From assembly GCA_016188915.1 (NCBI GenBank), contig JACPGU010000002.1, positions 85,287 through 149,286 on the forward strand: a DNA stretch of 64,000 nt. Direction: 5' to 3'. The DNA is from Candidatus Microgenomates bacterium. GTDB taxonomy: Bacteria; Patescibacteriota; JACPGU01. The translations under genes and the position numbers were made by a program. This document shows positions 1 to 10,575 of this stretch, piece after piece (the stretch's first letter is position 1; the number at the start of each line of letters is the position of its first letter). Under the pieces are notes generated by a model. It saw only the letters and a list, made by a program, of their open reading frames with translations. It was not told where the DNA came from and made no database searches.

Positions 1-279
1 GCGAAAAAAAGAAAAGAGGCCGAAGAAGCTTTTGCCAAAGGCGGAAGAGAAGATTTGGCCCAAAAAGAAAAAAATGAAAGTGATATGCTCGCTCCCTATT
101 TGCCTGTCAGCAAAACAGAAGATGAGATAAAAACCATAGTAGCTTCTGTTATTAGCGAAACGGAGGGGGCGTCTATGTCTGATATGGGAAAAATAATAAA
201 AACAGTTATGGAGAAAGCAGGCGGAGAAGCGGAAGGATCAATCGTTAGCCGATTGGTCAAAGAATCTCTATCAAAATAA
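1..279 (+). CDS. yqeY: GatB/YqeY domain protein (5'-truncated by window edge)
   Basis: Frame is open from base 1: AKKRKEAEEAFAKGGREDLAQKE...YLP...DMGKIIKTVM, typical of YqeY. Confidence 0.85.
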   Translation, partial: AKKRKEAEEAFAKGGREDLAQKEKNESDMLAPYLPVSKTEDEIKTIVASVISETEGASMSDMGKIIKTVMEKAGGEAEGSIVSRLVKESLSK

Positions 280-731
280 TGTCTTATCGTTTTATTTATT
301 TAGACAAAACTCAACAAAAAATACCCAGAAGGTATTTTTTGTTTGTTTTAGAAAAGTTTTTAAAAATTATGTTGCCCGGAAAAACCGTGGAAGTAAATCT
401 CATTTTGATTGGTCAATCGGCCATCAAAAAATTAAACTACCAATATCGTAAAAAAGATTATTCAACCGACGTTTTGTCGTTCCCCATAGATATCGTAACC
501 CCTAAAGAAAAGAAGAAATGCAAAGATTTAATTTTGGGCGATATTTATATAGCACCAGATTTTGTAAAAAAAATAGAATCACCAAAGAATAAAAAAGATT
601 TAATAAAAAAACTACAATTTCTTTTTTTACATGGACTGCTACATTTGTCCGGCTATGATCATGAAACTGATAGAAAAGAAAGGCGCTGGAATAAATTGGC
701 TAAAATGATTCTGCCTTCTCTTCATCGGTAG
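279..731 (+). CDS. ybeY: rRNA maturation endoribonuclease YbeY
   Basis: LNYQYRKKDYSTDVLSFP, LGDIYI and HGLLHLSGYDHE metal-binding motif. Confidence 0.95.
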   Translation: MSYRFIYLDKTQQKIPRRYFLFVLEKFLKIMLPGKTVEVNLILIGQSAIKKLNYQYRKKDYSTDVLSFPIDIVTPKEKKKCKDLILGDIYIAPDFVKKIESPKNKKDLIKKLQFLFLHGLLHLSGYDHETDRKERRWNKLAKMILPSLHR

Positions 732-2103
732 GCTGTCCCAGATCTTTGGATTTTCCAACCAAAAATTTTGCCCTCCATGGCACATAGTGAGAGTCAAAAC
801 GTTCTTTTACTTTTTCTCCGTTGGTGTGTTCTATCGTTCTGGTAAAATACGCGTCCGCTCCGATATGGGCCGTGTCGGTTTGTTTCTCTACCCCAGGCTC
901 TAGTTCTGTTGTCTCTATCCTTATTGGCTCTCCTGGCTGGACATAATTATAAATAATAGGACTAGAGACTGCCACTCTTCGACCATCTTTTGTGCCATAA
1001 AAATCTACAAAAAGATTATTTCCTATTATTCTTGTCTCTACTAAAATATATTTGCCTGTATCGTTTTTGAATACCAAGTCTGGTTTTGGGTCATAAATAG
1101 TAGAGTCAAAACCGGCTGGCTCATAATAAGTCACTCGATAGGCATGCGCTGTTCTTTCTACGATAGGTAGTCCAGCGTTAATTGCTGCTCTGAAAAAGGT
1201 GGTCGATACCTGACAAAGCCCACCCCCATATTCCGGTATTGTCTTGTCTTCTTTGATCACTAATTCTGGCAAAAATCCTGTCTTTGCGCTGACTTCTCCT
1301 AGAGTCTGCATAAAAGAAAAATTTTCTCCAGGAGGAATAATAACCCCATCAAATATTTTGGCTCCCGTATTAATATTGTGGATTCTATTGGGCGGAGAGC
1401 CAGCAAAACTGCTCTCTCCGGTAGCTACCAATTCTTTAACTCCCATAGAATCAATTTCTCGATTAGAATTTTTGGCCTCAAGTAAATCTATGGTCAGTTC
1501 TATTTTTTTATCATTATGAGCTATGCTGTTTTCTATTAATTTAATATTTTTTTCTATTAACAGTTTCTGTCCATCACTGCTGATATTGAAAATGACTGCC
1601 TTGCCATTTTTCATCTCCAGTTTTCCATCTACCGGATCTTTATCTATGATAGCTGCCAATTCTTTAAGATATCTTTGAATTTTAAAATTATCTATAGAAT
1701 AGGAAAAATCTACATTATTTTTATAAATCAAAGACTTCACCTGAACGATAAAATTTTTGACAAAGTTTTCTTCTCTTCCATAATTGATTATTTTTTCTAC
1801 CGTACCCTTATCGTCCCACAAGAAGCCAATATCTGTTATCTTGACCTCTATTTCATTTTCGCCATAAGAAAGGATTATTTTTTCTGATAATTTTTTTTTC
1901 TTATCTGCCACCAAAGATTCTATCTCGCCGATATTTTTTTGGCTTACTAATATATCGTCAAAATATGTATTGGGCAAAACCTTGTCAGAAAAATTTATTT
2001 TAAAATAAGCGGAGAAAGCTATGGCGACAATAAAAAACAATACGACAACAACTCCTATAGAGATAAAAACAAATTTTGCTACATGAAAAAAAGTATTTTT
2101 CAT
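700..2103 (-). CDS. VanW family protein with N-terminal TM and PG-binding-like region
   Basis: NRIHNI, GENFSF, YGGGLCQVSTTFFRAA, ERTAHAY, DLVFKNDT VanW motifs. Confidence 0.9.
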   Translation of the reverse strand: MKNTFFHVAKFVFISIGVVVVLFFIVAIAFSAYFKINFSDKVLPNTYFDDILVSQKNIGEIESLVADKKKKLSEKIILSYGENEIEVKITDIGFLWDDKGTVEKIINYGREENFVKNFIVQVKSLIYKNNVDFSYSIDNFKIQRYLKELAAIIDKDPVDGKLEMKNGKAVIFNISSDGQKLLIEKNIKLIENSIAHNDKKIELTIDLLEAKNSNREIDSMGVKELVATGESSFAGSPPNRIHNINTGAKIFDGVIIPPGENFSFMQTLGEVSAKTGFLPELVIKEDKTIPEYGGGLCQVSTTFFRAAINAGLPIVERTAHAYRVTYYEPAGFDSTIYDPKPDLVFKNDTGKYILVETRIIGNNLFVDFYGTKDGRRVAVSSPIIYNYVQPGEPIRIETTELEPGVEKQTDTAHIGADAYFTRTIEHTNGEKVKERFDSHYVPWRAKFLVGKSKDLGQPTDEEKAESF

Positions 2104-2106
2104 AAA

Positions 2107-3303
2107 CTATTTATTTATGTCGCTTAAGATTTTTTCATACACAGCTAGGGTTTCTTGTGCCATTTTATCCCAAGAAAAATTCTTTATCCTTTCCTCTCCC
2201 TTTCTGATAAGCTGTTCTCTCAAGCCAACATCGGTAAATATTTTTTCTAATTTTTGAGCCATATCTCTTTCATCCATGGGGTCAAAATAGAGTGCCGCAT
2301 CACCACCCACTTCAGGCAGACATGTGGCGTCTGACATCACGACCGGCACATTGCTGGCCATTGCCTCCAAAGGAGGGATACCAAATCCTTCGGCCAAAGA
2401 AGCAAACGCGCTGGCACACGCGCCCGATAGCAAAGATTGATATTCGGCATCATTGAGCATATCGGTTAAAATGACTTTGTCGGAAAGTCCTTTTTCGCGA
2501 ACGAATTCTTCTAGATCAATATAAAACTTATTTTTTTTACCAATCAAAACTAATTGCGCTTCTGGCTGCTTTTGTAGAAAAAGAGAAAAGGCAACAACAA
2601 GTCTTTTTAGATTTTTGTGCGGAGCAGCATTGCCTATATAAATAAAATAAGGATAGTGAATGTTGAAGCGCTTTTTTAGATTTTCCAAAATTCTTTTACT
2701 GCCAAGTTTCGCGAAATCTTTATCTACTGACTCATAGGTCACCGCTACCGTATCGCTCTTTATATTATATTTTTTTATTATATCTTTTTTTGAATATTTA
2801 GTAGGCACAACGATTGCTTTCGCTCGTCTGATAGTATCTTTTATGGCCTGTTCATAAACAAAATGCTTGATTTCAAAAATAATCGGTGGCAATTTTGATA
2901 TTCGGAGTTTTTTTTGCATTGAGTAGGTAAGGTCATGAATCGTCACTACGTATGGCTTTCGATAAAAAATCGATTTATTAAAATGAGTAAAATGCATCAA
3001 ATCAAGACGTGCTTCAAGCCATTTTGGCAAAGTGAAAAATTGTTCAGAAAAACCATACCACCCCACATCAACAAGCACTTTTTTAAAGTGCTCATTTTTT
3101 GGCCGATACTCTCTGTACCCTTCGCTATTCAAAAAAATTACAAAGTTTAAATCTTTGTTATAAGGATTTTGCGCTCTATCCTTCGCATCAATAATTGATT
3201 CCAGGCCACAGATGAGCTCCCTCGTATATCTGCCAATACCGCCCGTTGATGTTGAATAAATACGAGCGTCTATGCCGATTGTGTAGCTATTTTTTTTCTG
3301 CAT
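2107..3303 (-). CDS. Glycosyltransferase family 4
   Basis: IGIDAR, VVTIHDL, HKNL, EGFGIPPLEAMA. Confidence 0.92.
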   Translation of the reverse strand: MQKKNSYTIGIDARIYSTSTGGIGRYTRELICGLESIIDAKDRAQNPYNKDLNFVIFLNSEGYREYRPKNEHFKKVLVDVGWYGFSEQFFTLPKWLEARLDLMHFTHFNKSIFYRKPYVVTIHDLTYSMQKKLRISKLPPIIFEIKHFVYEQAIKDTIRRAKAIVVPTKYSKKDIIKKYNIKSDTVAVTYESVDKDFAKLGSKRILENLKKRFNIHYPYFIYIGNAAPHKNLKRLVVAFSLFLQKQPEAQLVLIGKKNKFYIDLEEFVREKGLSDKVILTDMLNDAEYQSLLSGACASAFASLAEGFGIPPLEAMASNVPVVMSDATCLPEVGGDAALYFDPMDERDMAQKLEKIFTDVGLREQLIRKGEERIKNFSWDKMAQETLAVYEKILSDINK

Positions 3304-4501
3304 AATAAATATTATACAATACGATAGACAAACCTAGCAAAAACCAAAAATAAATCATCAGATCGTTTTTCCAAATGGTACTCTCAACCAATCCATGAGA
3401 CAAAACAGCCACCATGGAAGATAAGACCGAAATCGACAAAAGAAAATCTTTGGTCAATACTTTACTTAGCATTTTCAAAGATGATATTATCAGCCAGATA
3501 ATAGAGGCTACGCCCAATATTCCTATTTGTAGCCAAATATTAATAAGCATATTGTGTGGTGTAATAGCATGAGGGGTGACATATTCAGGATAATTTATTC
3601 TGCTTTTTGTATATTCCCCAAAGTAAGATTGAAAATTACCCAGTCCAACCCCCGCGATAGGGCTACCAACCCCTATCTCCCAGCTGGTGCGCCATATTTC
3701 TATTCTTATAGAATCAGACTTCTCTATACGACTACTGGGTATCACGCCAAATAAATAGAGTCCTTTTACTATAAAAAGCGCAACCAAAGAAAGCATTATC
3801 AAAGCACCCACAAAGCCAATCCAGCGATAGTGAAAAAACTTTTTTATGATTGTCCAGACAGCCAAAAAAACTAAAGCCACCAACAGCCCCATCCAGGCAC
3901 CTCTGGAAAAAGTAAGAAACAAACCAAACAATAAAACAAAAAGAGCTGCCCAGATAATCTTTTTATTTATTTTTTTATCGGACAAAAGCCCTATAAACAA
4001 AAATATCAGTGGCGTAATGTATAAAGATAAATAATTAGGCGAAGAAAAAATAGATCGCAATCTGCCGTCTTCTAAAAAATTCGGAATGCTAAAATAACCC
4101 AAAAAACCTATGCCCACTAATAAAACGCCAGAAGAGACAATTGCTAAAAAAGAATTGCATACCTCTTGGCGAGTTTTTATCAATGATATGAATAAAAAGA
4201 AAAATAATAAACTATCAAAAAAATATGCCTTAAAAATGCCCAAAGCCGATAATTTGTCTGGCGATACAAAAACTGCCGATATTCCAGACAACAAAAATAA
4301 AACTGCCGGTAAAAACAATTTGCTGGCAATTATTTTTTTTATAATATCGCCCGTTTTTCTATTCTTTATATTAATACCCAAAAATATAACGAAAGCTGTA
4401 TAAATCTCCAATTCTAAAATAGTTGAAGGAATATTAAAAATTTTTACCTTAATTAAATAAAGAGGCAAAGAAAAAAGAATTAAATAGATAAAATTTGCCA
4501 T
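3287..4501 (-). CDS. O-antigen ligase/Wzy_C family membrane protein
   Basis: Multi-TM; RLRSIFSSPNYL, TFSRGAW, GVGLGNF, PHN motifs. Confidence 0.88.
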   Translation of the reverse strand: MANFIYLILFSLPLYLIKVKIFNIPSTILELEIYTAFVIFLGINIKNRKTGDIIKKIIASKLFLPAVLFLLSGISAVFVSPDKLSALGIFKAYFFDSLLFFFLFISLIKTRQEVCNSFLAIVSSGVLLVGIGFLGYFSIPNFLEDGRLRSIFSSPNYLSLYITPLIFLFIGLLSDKKINKKIIWAALFVLLFGLFLTFSRGAWMGLLVALVFLAVWTIIKKFFHYRWIGFVGALIMLSLVALFIVKGLYLFGVIPSSRIEKSDSIRIEIWRTSWEIGVGSPIAGVGLGNFQSYFGEYTKSRINYPEYVTPHAITPHNMLINIWLQIGILGVASIIWLIISSLKMLSKVLTKDFLLSISVLSSMVAVLSHGLVESTIWKNDLMIYFWFLLGLSIVLYNIYYAEKK

Positions 4502-5778
4502 TATTTTTCGTTATTTGATAATCTTTGAGCTATAAGTATCAATCCAATAATCACCCATACATGCATTATATAGATAGTAGAGAAAGTAGCATACTGCAGC
4601 AAAATAGCAAAAAAAGATAAGCTCAAAGCAAAGATCAGAGTCTTAATCCATCTATCGTGGGATCTGATATAGGAAAAAATCGATTGCCAAAATACAGAGA
4701 TAATAAAAAGTAAAAAAGCTAAAAATCCTATTGTTCCGATTTCTGACAAAATCTCTAAATATTGATTATTGACTATGGGCCAACCAGCTTCTGGCACATT
4801 GACGGGGTAGCCAGAAAAATAAGGCCCAAAATTACCAATCCCTATGCCAACCCAGGGGTTATGGCGAAAAGCATCTATCGCTACCGCATAAGACTCTTGT
4901 CTTTCCTTGATAGAGCCTCCCTGAAAAATTATATTGTAAGCTTTTTCATAGCTTTTGTCCCAAGAATACCCCCCGATTTTGCTGACCGCAAACAAAGAAA
5001 TGAAAAAAACTAATAGAGAAATAAGGAGAAGGATATAATTTTTTTTATGAAAAACAATTTTTGCTCGTAATATCAAAAAAACTATAAGCGCGATAGTCGT
5101 AGCTATTATACCGCCTTTAGAAAAAGTAAGTAGCAAACTCAACAAAAGCGTCAAAAAACCGATAAAAAACCATGTTTTGTTTTTCTTTTCATCGGAGAAA
5201 AAAGAAGCAGACAAAAAAATCAAAACTGGCGCTATCAAAAAATTGGCGAAATACAATGGTTCAATAAAAGTAGACTGTATCCTTGGCAAACCGAAAACAT
5301 TATGAGTATAACGATTAGATAGCCCAGTCAAATATTGCGGAAGCCCTAAAAGATCACCGCTAAATTGAAAAAATCCAAAGATAGCGGCTAAGATGGTCGT
5401 TCCTAGAAAGATAGCCAAGGCGACATTAAACTTTTGTTTGGAATCTATCGCTGACACTAACGCAAAAGGTACAAAAAACATAAATGTCGAGAATGCCAAA
5501 ACATGAATACCTCTATCTAGATTTTGCGCCACTGTCAAAGAAATCAATCCTGCCAGTAAAAAAACTAAATAAAAAATCAAACTCTTGGGGATGTATATTT
5601 TTTTATTAAGAAATAGAAATCGCCAGCTGATGATAAAAATCAAGGCTACAACAAAGATCTGGCTTAATCTAATGGTAAATCCAGCAAAATCAAAGCTACC
5701 AATTCTTTCCATTGGCAAAACAATAATAGTGGCTAGAGCTAGAAAAAAATCTATATTTTTAACAAAATATTTAATCAT
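4501..5778 (-). CDS. O-antigen ligase/Wzy_C family membrane protein
   Basis: Multi-TM; RIQSTFIEPLYFAN, TFSKGG, GIGIGNF, NNQYLEILSEIG. Confidence 0.88.
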   Translation of the reverse strand: MIKYFVKNIDFFLALATIIVLPMERIGSFDFAGFTIRLSQIFVVALIFIISWRFLFLNKKIYIPKSLIFYLVFLLAGLISLTVAQNLDRGIHVLAFSTFMFFVPFALVSAIDSKQKFNVALAIFLGTTILAAIFGFFQFSGDLLGLPQYLTGLSNRYTHNVFGLPRIQSTFIEPLYFANFLIAPVLIFLSASFFSDEKKNKTWFFIGFLTLLLSLLLTFSKGGIIATTIALIVFLILRAKIVFHKKNYILLLISLLVFFISLFAVSKIGGYSWDKSYEKAYNIIFQGGSIKERQESYAVAIDAFRHNPWVGIGIGNFGPYFSGYPVNVPEAGWPIVNNQYLEILSEIGTIGFLAFLLFIISVFWQSIFSYIRSHDRWIKTLIFALSLSFFAILLQYATFSTIYIMHVWVIIGLILIAQRLSNNEK

Positions 5779-6923
5779 TTTTGTCTTAACTCCTCAAAAC
5801 ACTCTATCAAACTATTGGTAGCAGAAAACCAAGTAAAATTTTTTACTTGCTCAAATCCTTTTTTTATCATTTCTTCTTTTAATATTTGGCTGCTCAAAAT
5901 ACTTTCAATGTTTTTACTTATTTTTTTGACATCATAGGGATCGGCGTACAGAGCTGCTTCTCCCCCAACCTCCGGCAAAGAAGAGTAATTAGAGGCTACC
6001 ACTGGAACGCCACAGGCCATCGCCTCTAATATAGGCAGACCAAAGCCTTCATAGAAAGAAGGGAAAACAAATACAGATGCTCCATTGTAAATAAATGGCA
6101 GATCAGATTCATCTACATAGCCGGTAAACGTGACTAATTTTTCAAGACCATACCTTTTAATCGTATCGCGGATTGGTTCTCCATATCTGATGTCTTCCTT
6201 GCCCGCTATTATTAATTGATAACGATCTTTTAGATCATCCGGCAGATAATAATAGGCCAAAACTAAAGCTTTTATATTTTTATGCGGCTCATTCCTCCCT
6301 ACATAGAGTATATAGGATTTAGTTACATTGAATTTTTCTTTTATAAAATCTTTAGTTTTTTTCTTATCCAAAACACGAAAATTATCAGAAACACCCATAG
6401 GAATTAATTTTATTTTTTTAGTAGGTACTTTGAATTGCCTGACTAGATCTCTCGATGTATTCATAGATATGGTGACTATTTTGGTCGCTTTGGCAAAAAC
6501 CATTTTGGGTGCTAGCCTAATGTAATGATACATTTTTCTAGTAAAGCTTTTTTGCATTCCTGGATAAAAAAAATGGATAAGATCAAACACAGTTATGATC
6601 AATCTAGTTTTTTTGAAAAATGGTGAGGCAAAATAGTATGGAACATAAAAAATATCCGTATTCCGATCTTCTAGTACTTTTGGCATATAAAATATGTTTT
6701 GCCATGTAAGCATGCCAAATGGGACAATGAATATTTTGCATCTTCTTTTGATATGTCGTAGATTATGTATGATAAAATCTTTCATTTCGATGCTATCAAA
6801 AATAAGAGCGTAGTCATTTTTTTTATCAAACACCAAAAGTTTTTTCAAGAGCTCCAAAACCACCCTGGCAATACCGGCAGGATTTTTATCTCTAATAATG
6901 CGACAATCAAAAGCTATCAACAT
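5775..6923 (-). CDS. Glycosyltransferase family 4
   Basis: YVGRNEPHKNI, FVFPSFYEGFGLPILEAMACG. Confidence 0.92.
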   Translation of the reverse strand: MLIAFDCRIIRDKNPAGIARVVLELLKKLLVFDKKNDYALIFDSIEMKDFIIHNLRHIKRRCKIFIVPFGMLTWQNIFYMPKVLEDRNTDIFYVPYYFASPFFKKTRLIITVFDLIHFFYPGMQKSFTRKMYHYIRLAPKMVFAKATKIVTISMNTSRDLVRQFKVPTKKIKLIPMGVSDNFRVLDKKKTKDFIKEKFNVTKSYILYVGRNEPHKNIKALVLAYYYLPDDLKDRYQLIIAGKEDIRYGEPIRDTIKRYGLEKLVTFTGYVDESDLPFIYNGASVFVFPSFYEGFGLPILEAMACGVPVVASNYSSLPEVGGEAALYADPYDVKKISKNIESILSSQILKEEMIKKGFEQVKNFTWFSATNSLIECFEELRQK

Positions 6924-6930
6924 ACATCTA

Positions 6931-8022
6931 TTATTTTAACAAAATATCTATCAGCGCCGAAGCGCTTTTCTCCCAAGAAAATTGTTTTGCTCTTGTTCGG
7001 CCAAGAGTTTTCAGCTGATTTTGTCTTTTCTTATCATTTAATAAATCTGATATCTGGGTGGAAAGTTTTTTTGTATCATATGGGTCACAGTAAATAACAG
7101 CGTCTCCGCCTACCTCCGGCAGAGATGAATTACCTGAACAAATCGTGGGGACGCCATAACTCATAGCATCCAACACCGGCAGACCAAAGCCTTCATAGAA
7201 AGAAGGGAATACGAACAAAGATGCGTTGGCATACAAAGAAGATAAATCTTTTTTGTCTGCATACCCCGTAAAGATAACATTGCCTTTTTTAATTTTTTTG
7301 ACCGCATCAAATACTTTTTGATATTGCCAACCCTTGCCACCAGCAACTATCAAATCATATTTTTCCAATAAATTGCCATTGATCATGGCGTAAGCATCTA
7401 TCAAAGTATTAATATTTTTCCTAGGCTCTATCGTCCCCACGAATAAAATATATGGCTTTCGGAGATTGTATTTTTTTGCTATAGAAGATAAATCATTATG
7501 TGTATTCGACACTAAAGAAACAGCTGGATAGATTACTTTTATTTTTTCTTCTGGTAGCCCATAGTATTTCATTATATCTATTTTTGAATTATGAGATATA
7601 GTCACTATGATATCGGCTCTTTTGGCAGAAGAAAAAACATTTTTTTTCAAAAAATACAAATTTTTCTTTTCCACAAATCGCGAGTGCACCAAATAGGTAG
7701 TATCCGGTATTAAAAGTATTTTTTTCTTGGACCAAATTGGAAAGTCAACAAAATTGGTAAAAAAGAAAACGTCTGTTCTCCCTATTAAAAAATTAGCAGG
7801 CGGAAAATGAAGAAATTTCCACAGAAAGTTAAAACCTCTTTTGACGATCCCGCCCAAAGAAAATATTTTTATATTTTTTCCTCTAGCAAAAAAGCCATCT
7901 CCTAAAAGTTTGTAGCAATTGCGATCATCAATATCGAACATAGCTTTGAGTATATTTTCTAGCAAAACACCCATGCCTGTTTTTTTCTTCGGAGCGACTC
8001 TTGTGTCTATTCCAATAATCAT
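6931..8022 (-). CDS. Glycosyltransferase family 4
   Basis: VGTIEPRKNI, FPSFYEGFGLPVLDAM; start taken at MIIGID, which overlaps the upstream stop as ATGA. Confidence 0.92.
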   Translation of the reverse strand: MIIGIDTRVAPKKKTGMGVLLENILKAMFDIDDRNCYKLLGDGFFARGKNIKIFSLGGIVKRGFNFLWKFLHFPPANFLIGRTDVFFFTNFVDFPIWSKKKILLIPDTTYLVHSRFVEKKNLYFLKKNVFSSAKRADIIVTISHNSKIDIMKYYGLPEEKIKVIYPAVSLVSNTHNDLSSIAKKYNLRKPYILFVGTIEPRKNINTLIDAYAMINGNLLEKYDLIVAGGKGWQYQKVFDAVKKIKKGNVIFTGYADKKDLSSLYANASLFVFPSFYEGFGLPVLDAMSYGVPTICSGNSSLPEVGGDAVIYCDPYDTKKLSTQISDLLNDKKRQNQLKTLGRTRAKQFSWEKSASALIDILLK

Positions 8023-9158
8023 AATAATTCCTCCCATTTTTTGCGCATCACATCAATAGAGAAAAATGATAGATATTTTTTTCTGGCCGCAAAACCAAGA
8101 GTATGATATTTATCAAAATCTTTTAATATTTTATCCAATATTGCCGTTAATTCTTTATCATCGCCAGGGCAAAAAAGAAATCCGTTTTCCCCATTGTCTA
8201 TTAGCTCAGGGATACCACCTAGACGACTGGCAACAATTATTTTACCTAAAGCCATTGCTTCCGCTATCGCTATACCGAAAGACTCTCTGGCAACGGACGG
8301 CAGCACAAATATATCAGCAATATTCAAAAGGCCATTTATATCTTTTTCATAACCAGCGAATACAACTCTATCTTGTACCCCCATTTTTTCAGCTAATTTT
8401 TTAAGATTAGAATACTCCGGCCCATCTCCTACTATCAAAAGATACAGGCTCTTTATATGGTATGAATTAGCAATAGATTTAATCAAAACATCAAATCCTT
8501 TTTCTTTATGCAATCTGCCGACAGAAACTACTATCTTCTCTTGGACATCAATGCCATTGGCTTTTTTTAGACTATTTTTTTCATCATCGTTTGTTATAAA
8601 AATTTTCTTTGGGTCTATGCCTTTATAGATAATTATCAATTGGTCAGTCAGTTTTTGATCTATCATCGCCAATTGGTTTTTCACAAAACTAGATACGCAA
8701 ACGATTCTGTCAACTGATTTCGCAGATTTTAAATAAAGGGGCAATAACATATTTTTTGAAAGCCACGGCACCGGATCCAAATGTTCTACCCAAATAACTT
8801 TGCATCCATTTTTTTTAGCGATATGAGATAGTAATATTTTCTCATTAAGCCCCTGTAATATCACTGTGGTATTACTCTTTTGCCATATTTTTTTTAAAAT
8901 GAAATAAAACCGAACAAAATAAAAGAAATAAAAAATAAGAAATAAAAAAGCATACCGCCTAGATCCTGCTTCTTGCCCCCAGTAAATTTTTTTAGTTTTT
9001 GCTCCTAAAATATTTGCTTCCTCAATCAAGGGCGAATAGTTGGAAAAAAGATGAGCCTTAAAACCACCATCAAGAGCTTTGGCCAAAATATCTAAAGTAT
9101 ATCTTTCTCCTCCACCAAAAGCTTGGGCAAATTTTAGAATAATAATATTTTTTTTCAT
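8019..9158 (-). CDS. Glycosyltransferase family 4
   Basis: GGGERY, VGRLHKEKG, ESFGIAIAEAMA; start taken at MKKNII. Confidence 0.9.
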   Translation of the reverse strand: MKKNIIILKFAQAFGGGERYTLDILAKALDGGFKAHLFSNYSPLIEEANILGAKTKKIYWGQEAGSRRYAFLFLIFYFFYFVRFYFILKKIWQKSNTTVILQGLNEKILLSHIAKKNGCKVIWVEHLDPVPWLSKNMLLPLYLKSAKSVDRIVCVSSFVKNQLAMIDQKLTDQLIIIYKGIDPKKIFITNDDEKNSLKKANGIDVQEKIVVSVGRLHKEKGFDVLIKSIANSYHIKSLYLLIVGDGPEYSNLKKLAEKMGVQDRVVFAGYEKDINGLLNIADIFVLPSVARESFGIAIAEAMALGKIIVASRLGGIPELIDNGENGFLFCPGDDKELTAILDKILKDFDKYHTLGFAARKKYLSFFSIDVMRKKWEELL

Positions 9159-9162
9159 AATT

Positions 9163-10575
9163 CTATATTCCAATAGTTTCCCTGATAGATTGCCTGGAAA
9201 TGGCTCCGGTCATAAGCAGAACCAAAGAATATATTATAATCCCGATAGCCAAAGTCAAAGCCAAATTGTAGCCGGCGAAGTAATACATCACACCACTCAT
9301 GGCAACTGCGGCCAAAAAAGATTTTGCGAAAACAGCCCAACGGGGAAAAACAGAAAAATACCTGATAGCAACTATCGTAGCGAGTGTACAGACAGTCAAT
9401 TCGGTAAAAATAGTGGCGACAGATGCTCCTATGTATGAATAGCGTGGAATAAGATAAAGATTACCAATGATATTTAAGAAAACACTTAATATGTATATTG
9501 GCACTAATTTTTTTTGAATATCGGCCGCTACGATAAAATAACCCATCATGGTGCCGAAAAAAATAATGAACATAGCGAAAGCAAGATATTGCAAAGCGAT
9601 AGCTGATTCGATAAATCCTTCCCCTAGAAGAAAAATAGAAATAGGTCGAGCCATAGTAAAAAATATTGCCAACAGCGGAAAGGCCATCAAGGAAATAAAA
9701 TCAAAAGATTTTTGAAAGCTAAATTTAAGGCGATAATCTTTTTCTTTGATATATTTTGTCACCATTGGAAAAACAGATCCCATAAACATTGCCGGAATAG
9801 TAATCAATATCTCAATTATTTTGTAGGCCGCGCCATAGATGCCCACTGTTTTGCTATCTTTCATAATAGACAGCATAACCGTATCTATTTTAAAATAAAT
9901 AAATCCAAGAATGATAATAGCGCCCAAAGGAAAAGCCTCTTTGATGATAAACTTCATATGGATAAGGTCAAAATTGAGTCTAAAAGTGAGGAATTTCCTA
10001 GAAAGCATCCAAGATATAGCGGCCAAGGAAAAATTTCCCAAGACATACGCCCAAACAAAATAGATAACTGGTAACTCCAAGTAAATACAAAGCATCACCA
10101 AAATGAATAAGATAAAACGGGAGACAACATCACTAACGACCAATCTGTCCATTCTGAGATTGCTCTGAAATATACTGACGAAAAGTTGATTGATACCAAC
10201 AAAAAAACTAGAAGCAGTACCAACCAAAATACCTATTTTTATATCATAAGTATAATTTGGCACCAACCAAGCGACTAAAGGAGCTATTAATAGCATAGAT
10301 GTCAAAATCAATCTCCAGACAAAAATAGTACCCATTATTTTTTTAGCCCTATCTGGATTTTTGGCCATTTCTTTTACCGCTACCGTATAAAGTCCCATAT
10401 CAGACAAAATAGCAAAAAAACCCAAGAAGGCGAAGATAGTGGTAAAGTCCCCATATTTATCTACGCCCAAATATCTTGCCATATAGGCCAGCATTACGAC
10501 CGCTATGCCCGTGGTCGTCGCTTTGCCAATAATCTGGATAAACAAATTGGCTGCTATTTTTTTTGTGCTACTCAT
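9163..10575 (-). CDS. Wzx-type polysaccharide flippase
   Basis: ARYLGVDKYG, DMGL, KIDTVMLS...VGIYGAAYK, LIPRYSYIGA; many TM segments. Confidence 0.9.
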   Translation of the reverse strand: MSSTKKIAANLFIQIIGKATTTGIAVVMLAYMARYLGVDKYGDFTTIFAFLGFFAILSDMGLYTVAVKEMAKNPDRAKKIMGTIFVWRLILTSMLLIAPLVAWLVPNYTYDIKIGILVGTASSFFVGINQLFVSIFQSNLRMDRLVVSDVVSRFILFILVMLCIYLELPVIYFVWAYVLGNFSLAAISWMLSRKFLTFRLNFDLIHMKFIIKEAFPLGAIIILGFIYFKIDTVMLSIMKDSKTVGIYGAAYKIIEILITIPAMFMGSVFPMVTKYIKEKDYRLKFSFQKSFDFISLMAFPLLAIFFTMARPISIFLLGEGFIESAIALQYLAFAMFIIFFGTMMGYFIVAADIQKKLVPIYILSVFLNIIGNLYLIPRYSYIGASVATIFTELTVCTLATIVAIRYFSVFPRWAVFAKSFLAAVAMSGVMYYFAGYNLALTLAIGIIIYSLVLLMTGAISRQSIRETIGI